Assembly: GCA_963847185.1 (NCBI GenBank)
Contig: CAWJYV010000006.1
Span: 18,858-82,857, forward strand
Source: an uncultured Methanosarcinaceae archaeon
GTDB taxonomy: Archaea; Halobacteriota; Methanosarcinia; Methanosarcinales; Methanosarcinaceae
Length of the DNA stretch: 64,000 nt
Reading direction: 5' to 3'
In this document: piece after piece, positions 10,146-19,041 of the stretch
Layout of the letters: each line of letters starts with the position of its first letter
Numbering within the stretch: position 1 is the stretch's first letter
Notes under the pieces: model-generated
Told to the model about the DNA's origin: nothing
The model's input: the letters and a program-made list of their open reading frames with translations, nothing else
Databases searched by the model: none
Made by a program: the position numbers and the translations under genes

Positions 10146-10894
10146 CTATATCAGCGAATTCTCAGTATTCCAAACACTCTGATTTTTATTAAGAACGTTA
10201 TGCCCAATTGGAGTCAATTCGAAACCATCCCAACGTATCCAAATCTGCAGGTTCACCAGGAAAATTATAATCCATCGTTTTATATTTATACTCAATAAGA
10301 CCCAAGTTAAAAACTGATTGAAATTGATGATCAGTGTAGCCCCTTTCGTACAAGTCCTCAAACAAACCATCAAAACAATCATCTGGACAAGCTTGTGATG
10401 AAAGAAAAGAAAGTAAATCAGTTATTTGTGATGCTTCAGCAAAAATGCCATGTTTTATCAATCCTTTAACTCCACCGATCTCCGTAAAGCTAATAGATGA
10501 AGCTCCTATGAGATCTAGTAGTTCACTAGCTAACACCATAATCCGTATACAAATTATTTTATTAATTTTACTACCATCGTGAGCTGCGTAATTTCTGTAA
10601 TACCCAAATGCACCTTTAAATAATAATTCTGCTTTGTCCTTGGAGTTCATCTCCTAAAGGAATTGTTAACTTTATACCATCTTTCGATCCTAAAAGTGTC
10701 TCGACTAATCTTGTACCAAACAATTTTTCGCCAGTTCTAGATTTCTCTTTAAGTGCAAGTTCTACTTGTTTCATCGATTCTAATGCAGCACAGGTAAAAT
10801 AACCATCTTTGTAAAGAGACATGCATTTATCAATAATTCTTTGATGAAGTATAGTATCTAATTCAAATTCTACCGTCATTACTTCGCCTACCAT
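10146..10894 (-). pseudogene. TIGR02391/Ymh-like HEPN protein, two frameshifts
   Basis: AALESMKQVE...FGTRLV in one frame, LFKGAFGYYRNYAAH in the next, C-terminal GFELTPIG in a third segment. Confidence 0.75.
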
Positions 10895-11005
10895 TGAATA
10901 TTTCTTAATATCAGTTATTTCAACTAGATGTTTAAACTTATTTTATTGATGAACATATTCAATTCCCTCAAATCTGCAGGAAATAAAAGGTTCAAAAAAG
11001 ATGAG

Positions 11006-12029
11006 TTATAGAGAAAGATCAAACATAAGAATTGTAAAAAATATCTCTCGACTTTTATCTGCAGGATGACTGCAGATAAATCTAAAGGCATTTTTCACAT
11101 CGGCTTTGTATTCTTTGTCAATAGACAGTTTCAGCTTTCTTCCCTGGAAAAAAGAAGTAACAATATCGGGAATACCTTGCAATGACGATAAAAATTCTCT
11201 ATTTTTATAAAAAACGATAAGTGCAACTCTGTTATCTCGCCATGTTAAGTAAGAAAGCAATTGAGCAATTGCCTCCTGTAATGACTTTTTTCCTCTCCAG
11301 ATTTTACACTCAGCTATAAAAATCGTTTCATTCACAGAAGATACTAAAATATCTGTTTTTCCTATTTTATTAAACGATTCTCCGGATGAGAAGATGTCTT
11401 TGTGCGAATTTAAACTCGCAAGCAAGACGTCTCTTAATTCTGGCTCACTTCTATCTTTATGTGAAAGAACTCGCCTTTCCATATCATTTCCTGCACGGGA
11501 AATTATTTCTAAAATTTTCTCATAAATTTGGTCTGATGTTTGGGGTTTTTTATCTTCCGTCAGGCTTTTGTGTGAATCTTTCAAAGAATTTTCTTTCGTG
11601 TATTTTCTTATATTGTGCATAGGCATTTGTGTTCATTTTAACAGAGGTTATAAAAATTAGATCATCATCACTCAGTGGATACTCTCTTTCACCATTTATG
11701 ATAAATAAATTTTCAATTTCAGTTAGAAAATCAGATATCAGTGGATACTTCTCATATTCCCATTCGTCGTCAAAAGTAATTTCATCGAATACTAAAAGGT
11801 TCGAATATGGTTTCCACTCATGAGCTTTTAATTGCTCACAACCAGGTTTTTCGAGCGTTTCTGAAATTTTAGCACATATTCTCAAGTAATTTCTATTAAT
11901 CTCTTCATGAATGACCAATATATCCTCACTAAAAAATATAGTAAGGAGTCTACTGAGTTCGTTATAATAGGTTCGAACCATAAATAAATTTCTTAGACTT
12001 TCTTCTCTCATAAATCTCGCTAACAACAT
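11006..12029 (-). pseudogene. PD-(D/E)xK nuclease-like domain protein split by a frameshift
   Basis: Overlapping ORFs 11550-12029 and 11006-11626; GESFNKIGKTDIL...IFIAECKIW...QLLSYLTWRD. Confidence 0.65.
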
Positions 12030-12118
12030 TTATTGCTATTGTTTTCAATCTTTCCTTTTGGAATAAGACAACCTTACTTTTCGGAAAAAATGATATAAAA
12101 CTATTCCTTTTTACTGTT

Positions 12119-12844
12119 ATGAATCGTGAAGAAATTCTTGAGCTCTGTGCTTCAAATCCTGAAGCTATTGTAGATTACATTAAGAATTTAGAACCTACTT
12201 TTGATTTTGATGAACCTGAAAGACCGGATTGCTCTTTGGAGTTATATAAAGCAGACAAATGTGAAGAGATTTGTGGATTTGTATATAATGATCGAAGAAT
12301 AGCAGACCCCTGGGAAGCGTATGTAGATGGTTATTTAGAAGCAGTTAAAAAGCTAATTGAAGTTGCAAAAAGAGGTGAATTCCTAACAGATACATTTGGC
12401 TACCCTATCTTCTATCTATTTTATCATTACCTTGAATTGCGTTTAAAATGAATCATACGTTGCGGGGAGTTCTTTATAACTCCAACACATCCAAAAAAAG
12501 ATTTATCCACAAGCCATAATATAATCTCCTTGTGGGAGAAATGTAAAATAATTTTAAAAGAAATTGAAGGTTGGCAAGAATACACAAATTTAAGTGAAGA
12601 TATTAAACAGGACTATGAAACAATAGACCATTTTATTAAAGAAATTGCACGGGATACAACATCACAAGCATTTCGTTATCCTGACGATTTTAAGAGACAT
12701 AAGCCATTTATGGTAGATGATAAAGAGCAACAATTTCTTAATATTACAAATCTGTCATATGTTGTAGATTGGTTGTCTAACATACTTGATGGAATCTGTA
12801 TGGCAATTGCTGTGCAGCTAGATTTTTGTGGAGATTACTATTGA
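12119..12844 (+). pseudogene. HEPN-related hypothetical protein with in-frame TGA at 12449-12451
   Basis: ORFs 12119 and 12530 share one frame; YPIFYLFYHYLELRLK*II...HNIISLW...AFRYP. Confidence 0.65.
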
Positions 12845-12960
12845 ACTTATTTTTGAATTTCGTATTTTCGAAGTACCAAATAATGTATAGAGTTTTTCTC
12901 CACAGCTATATATAAAATCCTATCCGTATGACTATATCATAAAAAGGAGACCACCACGGA

Positions 12961-13179
12961 ATGAGAGAGTTTACCGTTATCATCGAACAGGACGAAGACG
13001 GGATTTACATAGCTTCAGTTCCAGAACTTCCAGGATGTCATACCCAGGCTGAAACGCTTGATGAATTAAATAAAAGAATAAAAGAGGCAATTGAACTCTA
13101 CCTTGAAGTCCAAGCCGAGAAGGGAGAAGAAAAGCATCTTGACTTCATCGGAATACAGCAGGTCAAAGTTGAGGTTTAA
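12961..13179 (+). CDS. hicB: HicB-family antitoxin
   Basis: YIASVPELPGCHTQAETLDEL..RIKEAIELYLE. Confidence 0.92.
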   Translation: MREFTVIIEQDEDGIYIASVPELPGCHTQAETLDELNKRIKEAIELYLEVQAEKGEEKHLDFIGIQQVKVEV

Positions 13180-13421
13180 ATGAGTAAAATATTACCTCTT
13201 CATGCAAAAAAAGTTGTAAAAGCGCTTGAAAATATAGGTTTCAAGCAGATAAGGCAAAAGGGAAGTCACTTATTTTTACAGCACCCGGACGGAAGGGCCA
13301 CAATAGTCCCAGTGCATCCTACCGAAAAAATAGGAAGGGGAATGATCAGCAAAATATGAAAGATGCAAAAATAACAAAGGATGAATGGATCGACCTGATA
13401 AATAGCCTCATTCTTTTCTGA
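13180..13421 (+). pseudogene. hicA: HicA toxin with C-terminal frameshift
   Basis: ALENIGF..IRQKGSH...PDGRATIVPVH; stop at 13357-13359, tail MKDAKITKDEW continues in the -1 frame. Confidence 0.85.
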
Positions 13422-13816
13422 CGGGATTTAACAATTTATAAAAGAAGAGATTTTTTATTATTTCCTTATTATTTTCTTGTTTTCGATTTTTTTCAATCTC
13501 ACATTGAACAATTAAAGAAATACATAGGTTTCAGGGTAAAACCTGTGCATTTTCTCGGTTTTTACTTCAAATTTTAAGGTAATACGACCTCAAAACTCTT
13601 ACAAACAGAGGTTTTACTTTAACCTGTATATTCAATGGAATCATAAACTACTGGATTCATAGCTCGATCATAAATAGAGAGTATGTTAAAATCAGACTTG
13701 CGATAGTCTCCTGGAGAAGTTACAGAAATAAAATCATAACTTGGGGATGAGAATCTATCCCATCCCCATTTCAGTGTAGATAACACAATAGTTTCGATGA
13801 CGAAAAAAAATGTTTT

Positions 13817-14701
13817 TTAGGCGTAAGGGTCCCTTAACGCCTTATTAACGCCGAAATTCCTGCGCTCCTCGACCGTCTTCCTGTTCTTGTCGATCTTCTC
13901 CTTCGCGAGTTTCATAACAAGCTCGAGGCCAGGCTTTACCTCCTCGATAGGCTTTGTCTCGAACATGCCCGCAGCGACCGCCTTGGACCATATGTCATTC
14001 CCTACCTTAGTACGGATGAATACCGTGGACCAGCCATCAGGGCTTCCAACCGACCCTGTAGAGATGTCGCCAAGATTGGAAACGTAGTCGAGGCAGACAT
14101 GGCAGCCAGGCTGCTCGTACTTGTGTGTCGCCTTGAGCGGCACGGTGGATACGTTCCCTCGCTCGGTGTAGACCCAGAATTTGCCCTTCCCGATCTCCAT
14201 CTTCTTTACGGAGCTGAGGCTCTGGTTCGCGTGGTCCTCAACAATGGTCTGCATGGACTTGTACGGGAAGTTTTCCATGCAGAAGAGCCCTACTGCGAAG
14301 GCGATCTTGTCCGGGACATCCCGCATGTTGATGGGATAAAGCTGAACCTTCCTGACCGCCTGCATCTGGCAGCAGACACCGGTGACCCCTACCTTATCGA
14401 GGCCGAAGGACCGGGTTGCTTCCTTGAGCCAGGATATCTGGGGACTGATGCTGTACTTAGTCCCTTGTGCCTTGAGGATGTCCTCGCGGCTCATCGCGAC
14501 GAGCGGTTTTGGCTCCCAGGGCCGGTCGCCTTTGCCTGCCACAATGGTTCCATCAATAATCCCCTGCTCGAGGGCATAGACCATGAGGGTGGTGGCGATG
14601 CCGCCATCCTGTGCTTTCTGGAGGATTTCCTTGTCCGTGCTCCGTGCCGAGACGCACGTCATGTATTTGCCGAGATATGGATCTTCAACCATCTCTCTCA
14701 C
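13817..14701 (-). CDS. frhB: F420-reducing hydrogenase subunit beta
   Basis: AQDGGIAT, GVCCQ, GLFCMENF, GCHVCLDY, STGSVGSPDGWS. Confidence 0.96.
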   Translation of the reverse strand: MREMVEDPYLGKYMTCVSARSTDKEILQKAQDGGIATTLMVYALEQGIIDGTIVAGKGDRPWEPKPLVAMSREDILKAQGTKYSISPQISWLKEATRSFGLDKVGVTGVCCQMQAVRKVQLYPINMRDVPDKIAFAVGLFCMENFPYKSMQTIVEDHANQSLSSVKKMEIGKGKFWVYTERGNVSTVPLKATHKYEQPGCHVCLDYVSNLGDISTGSVGSPDGWSTVFIRTKVGNDIWSKAVAAGMFETKPIEEVKPGLELVMKLAKEKIDKNRKTVEERRNFGVNKALRDPYA

Positions 14702-14702
14702 C

Positions 14703-15510
14703 TCACTTAAGCGCTTCAGCGATTATTTCGTTGATGCTCTCAAATTCAGGAATCACGTCAAAGTTGAAGAACGACCTCGGGCAGGCGCCGTAGCAGGAGC
14801 CGCACTTAATGCAGAGATCACGCTCGACCCTGCGGCTTCCCGAACTCGTGGGTGATCGCTCGCACGGGGCAGGATGCAGCGCAGGTGCCACATCCCATGC
14901 AAAGGCCCTGGTTGATCACGTCGTTCATCAGGTCGCAGAAGCATGCGGTCGTGCCGCGCTTCGCAAGGGCCATAAGGGGCTTTAAGTACTTTCCCGCAAG
15001 AGCTTTTTGTTCCTCGTTCCCCTCCAGGAGCAGGTATGCCATGACAGCGACGTTCCTTATGAGCTCCGGGCTCGGGGGGCATCCGGGGATGTAGACATCC
15101 ACGTCGATGAGATCTCCGATGGGGAGGAAAGATTCGTGCTGGGGCTGGTTGTGCTGCCCCCCACGGCAGAATCTGGTGATGTTCCCGTAGCTTGCGCAGG
15201 AGCCGAGGGCCACCACAACCTTGGCCTTCTTCCGCGTCTCCTTGATCTCCTCCACAGATTCATGGTCCTGGATGCAGACTGATCCCTCGACTAGCGCCAC
15301 GTCCATCTCTGGGATATGTCGGACGTCGACGAGCGTGAGGCTGTAGACGAGGTCGGCATAGTTGTCCAGGATTTTGATGAATCCCAAATAGTTGTCGGCC
15401 ACGGACACGAGGCAGCCGGTACAGCCGCTCAGGTGTACATGCCCGAGCTTGATCTTGTTTGCCACTGGTTTTATCTCCTTTGTAGCTTCCACGTTCTTAA
15501 GCAGTCCCAT
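14703..15510 (-). pseudogene. frhG: F420-reducing hydrogenase subunit gamma, +1 frameshift near 14827
   Basis: SGCTGC, GSCA, PGCPP and CMGCGTCAASCP in frame 1; RDLCIKCGSCYGACPR in the shifted frame. Confidence 0.9.
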
Positions 15511-15513
15511 AGT

Positions 15514-15975
15514 TCATCCGATTTCCTTCAGTATCTCGGATACAGCGTCTGGAATGGCTCTCTGGATCTCTTCTGTAATCCCGATGACCATCTCGGGGGC
15601 AGAAACGTACTTCTTCTGGCATGCAAGGATCCGGATCCGGATATCGTCCTTGATGTACTGGAGCGGTTCGGTCAGATCCCAGGAGTGGACGTCCCGGTAG
15701 CTCCCCACGGGAAGCTCGTCAACGGCAAGCCACCTGAGCTCGCCGGGTTCCCCCCCGAAGTCTGCGATGTCCACGATGATAAGAGTCTTCGTGGACTCAG
15801 GATTGAGAAGGGTAAAGACGAAATGGGGGCCCCCGAGTCCTGCGTCAACGACTGTGACGTTCTCGGGAAGCTCGAGGCCCTGGAGCCTTTCCACGACTGC
15901 GGGTCCGAATCCGTCGTCCGCATATAGAGGGTTGCCGCAGCCTGCCACCACGATCTCGGAATACAGTGTTTTCAT
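15514..15975 (-). CDS. frhD: Hydrogenase maturation protease FrhD
   Basis: GCGNPLYADDGFGP, VDAG, DVHSW; start at MKTLYSE just after the frhA stop. Confidence 0.93.
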   Translation of the reverse strand: MKTLYSEIVVAGCGNPLYADDGFGPAVVERLQGLELPENVTVVDAGLGGPHFVFTLLNPESTKTLIIVDIADFGGEPGELRWLAVDELPVGSYRDVHSWDLTEPLQYIKDDIRIRILACQKKYVSAPEMVIGITEEIQRAIPDAVSEILKEIG

Positions 15976-15980
15976 TCCAT

Positions 15981-17348
15981 TCACTGGACGAGCCTCTGGG
16001 CGATTATCTTGTTCTCCTCGTCCACCACGATCATATGGGTTGCACACGAGACGCAAGGATCGTAGGCTCTGACGACCATCTCGGCAATCTGCCAGGGCGC
16101 TCCCTTCAGACCCCGGCTGCAGGTAGGGAGGTTCCAGGTGGTGGGCACAAGCATTTCGTACCACAGCACCCGCCCGTCCTTTACCCGTGCGAGGTGGACA
16201 TCGGTCCCGCGAGGTGCTTCGTTCGCGGCCCAGCCCATGGACCCGTCTCCCTGGGGGATATGGTCAGCAAGGACTTTGCCCGAGGTATCCAGGTTGTCAA
16301 GGCATCTGAGGATAGTGTAGCAGCAGTCAGGATACTCCATCTGCCTGGCGATGTGCTGGGCGAAGGTGCCCTTCTCGTTGAAGTTCTTGAAAGTGGCGAG
16401 CCTTGCTCTCGGGCCGACCTCAACCGGCTGGCCGTCATAGATAGGAACACCGTTGCAGGCCTCCATCTGGGGATTGGCCTTGGTGCCAGCCTTCGTGGTG
16501 CCGCCTACTGGGTAGCTCGGATCCTCAAGATCGATGGTTACCTCACCCATGTACCAGTCCCATGGCCGTGTCTCCTTCCACCGGGCGAAGTCCCACATGG
16601 GCTTCTCGTCCAGACTGGATGAGCCGTACATCGGGGATGTGGCCATGACCCCCTGGTCGTGGTACCCGAGTGTCCTGGGAATCGGGATCTTCTGGCCCGC
16701 GACCTCGGTGAACTCCCTATTCTGCATGTTCCTGATGACATCTAGCATGAACTCCATCTGCTCGTGGGCAAGGACGAGACCTTCCTTCGCCAGGTCGGCC
16801 ATCTTCTGCTTTGCCCTGGGGCTCACGTTGTGGTACATCCCACCGACCCTCGGATTGGAGGGATGGATCGCCTCGCCGCCTGCGATGGCTCCAATGGTCT
16901 GTCCGATTTCGCGGATGCGGATAATCCTCGCTGCAACGCTCCTGATAGGCTGCTCCTTGGCGAACGGGTTGAACTTCGTCTCCGTCCCAGGGATATAAAA
17001 GTCAGGAAGGATCAGGATGTTGTGCAGAGCGATGCTGTGGAGGCGGTTTGCGGCATGGAGAATGACCCGCAGGAGCTTTGCATCCGTGGGGATCTCGCAG
17101 CCGACCGAGGCCTCCATGGCCTCTATGCTCGCCAGGGTGTGGGCGATGGGACAGATTCCGCAGACCCGAGAAGCAATCTTCGGGACCTGGTCCATCGTCT
17201 TACCTATGGCGAGCTTCTCAATACCCCTGACCGGGGTGATGGAGAGCCAGTCTCCTTGCTCGACGATACCCTGGTCATTCACCTTCAGAGTGAGCTTGGA
17301 GTGGCCTTCATGTCTCGTGGTTGGAGAGATCTCTACAACTTTTGTCAA
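15981..17348 (-). CDS. frhA: F420-reducing [NiFe] hydrogenase large subunit
   Basis: TTRHEGH, RVCGICP, DPCVSCATH plus cleavable tail; TTG start after GAGGCG. Confidence 0.97.
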   Translation of the reverse strand: MTKVVEISPTTRHEGHSKLTLKVNDQGIVEQGDWLSITPVRGIEKLAIGKTMDQVPKIASRVCGICPIAHTLASIEAMEASVGCEIPTDAKLLRVILHAANRLHSIALHNILILPDFYIPGTETKFNPFAKEQPIRSVAARIIRIREIGQTIGAIAGGEAIHPSNPRVGGMYHNVSPRAKQKMADLAKEGLVLAHEQMEFMLDVIRNMQNREFTEVAGQKIPIPRTLGYHDQGVMATSPMYGSSSLDEKPMWDFARWKETRPWDWYMGEVTIDLEDPSYPVGGTTKAGTKANPQMEACNGVPIYDGQPVEVGPRARLATFKNFNEKGTFAQHIARQMEYPDCCYTILRCLDNLDTSGKVLADHIPQGDGSMGWAANEAPRGTDVHLARVKDGRVLWYEMLVPTTWNLPTCSRGLKGAPWQIAEMVVRAYDPCVSCATHMIVVDEENKIIAQRLVQ

Positions 17349-18778
17349 TGGTATCGCCTCATTTTCGATTAGGTTTTCTTGCATTTTCCCTTTCCAGGGA
17401 GTCAAGATTACATTCTGGATATTCTGGTTCAGACCAAGTACTTCAGTTGATGACGCACTCCAGATGGAGTGCATACCTTCCTTACCATTTCCAATGTCCG
17501 TCAAATTACTGAATTTTCGGTAAGGAGGTAAGCCTGATCTCTTAAAAAATATACCAGGTCATGGAGCAAGAATGAGAATTGAAGTTTATCATCCGTTGCC
17601 CTAAATACCCCTTCAAAAAAATCTCTTTCAAAAAATATCAATTCATATATATAATCTTCTAAATTTAGTCGATCATATGAGGATTTATGAGAAATTAGGT
17701 AATAGGAACTCACACTCATATAAATATAGAAATAAATAAAAAAATAATCATTAAATAAAATTCAACTCAATGTAGAGTTTCAATCCTTTTTTCATGGAAG
17801 CTACCTGCAAATAGGGCAATTTTTCCATATTTTGATCAGAAAAGGCCCGAAAATAAGCCATTTTTAAGGACCATAGTTCTTGTTGAAGAACTATCAAACC
17901 CTTTATAAACGCAAGAAAGTAGGGATTTTTGCTTTTTGGAAATATCTGGATATATGCCTTTCTTTTCTAATGAAAATTAACAATTTATGCTTTTTGAGCT
18001 TCGTTCTACCCAGTATTTAGTCTTTATAGGAATTGGTTTTTCTACATCCCTCAGAACTGACTTCTTAACTCTCCATTTGTGGCAGGAAGGCAGTAAAAAG
18101 ATACCAGATTAAAACAAAGACGTTGCGAAATTCTTAATTTCAAATCAAACGCTTCAAAATTGCTTTTCTGACTCTTGACTATTTTGAATTAATAACTCCA
18201 CAAATAGAAAATTAAACAGGTCTGCCTGGATAAAAAGAAGTAAAACTGATTGTAGTGCTTCCATAATTATTGCTGTTAAGGGGTCTCTGAGCTATGTGCA
18301 ATCAGCTAATTATGTATTTTTTGTCGATAAATCCTAGCAGAACTATTGAGACTAAAAGACGAAGAAACCCATGTACAAAATGTAGAGTATCACATCAAAA
18401 AAATTATATCTCTATCTTCTCGGTACTTCGCAAAAGTCGATTAATTTTCAAAAATAAGTTTAATCCTATTATGATTTGTTGACTGATATATAAGTATATT
18501 ATCAAAATTCACTATTAATCAACTGATTAAACTATTTATCATCATTACATAAATTTAAATCGTCGAGATATTATTATTATATTACTGACTATAGAAGAGA
18601 ATTAGATATAAACATGAATTTATATTCATGTTTCATAAGGGGAAATTGTAGAAATCTAAGGAACTAACCCGACAAACAGGTAAATTTACTAAACCTTTTA
18701 TACTTGTCGAATTAACAGGTTTAGAAGCCCCCTGTGTTAGAGAGTTTCTTTAATGTTTTCTCTATAGTCTTGAGGTAC

Positions 18779-18896
18779 GAATAGTGGATACTATTGAAAA
18801 ATCTCAAGATTACAGGCATATGTGAATAGTGGATACTGTCTGCAAAATTCAATGCCTATGATCTGAGACATGAATAGTGGATACTATCTGCAAAAT
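18779..18896 (+). promoter_or_regulatory. Three spaced copies of GAATAGTGGATACT (palindromic operator-like motif)
   Basis: Copies start at 18779, 18824 and 18872; core TAGT-N4-ACT(A). Confidence 0.65.
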
Positions 18897-19041
18897 ACAG
18901 TGCATCTGGCAAAATAACAGAATTTAGTATATAAAAAATTTGGCAAATTGTCATAAATTATGTGGGGATATGGCTATGTCACTAGATTACTCTTCGTCTA
19001 TAAAAAAAGTTGACAAATTTAATTACTGTCACAGTCAGTTG

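Noticed and set aside
12449-12451. In-frame TGA as selenocysteine or readthrough
   Set aside because: Methanosarcina are not known to use Sec, the position is not a Cys-type site, and neighbouring genes are also decayed.
13887-17523. Many overlapping ORFs of 60-220 aa around frh
   Set aside because: These are shadow frames caused by GC-rich codon usage of the real minus-strand genes.
18779-18896. Mini-CRISPR array
   Set aside because: The repeat core is only 14-25 bp, the period of 45-48 bp is too short, there are three copies, and no cas genes are in the window.
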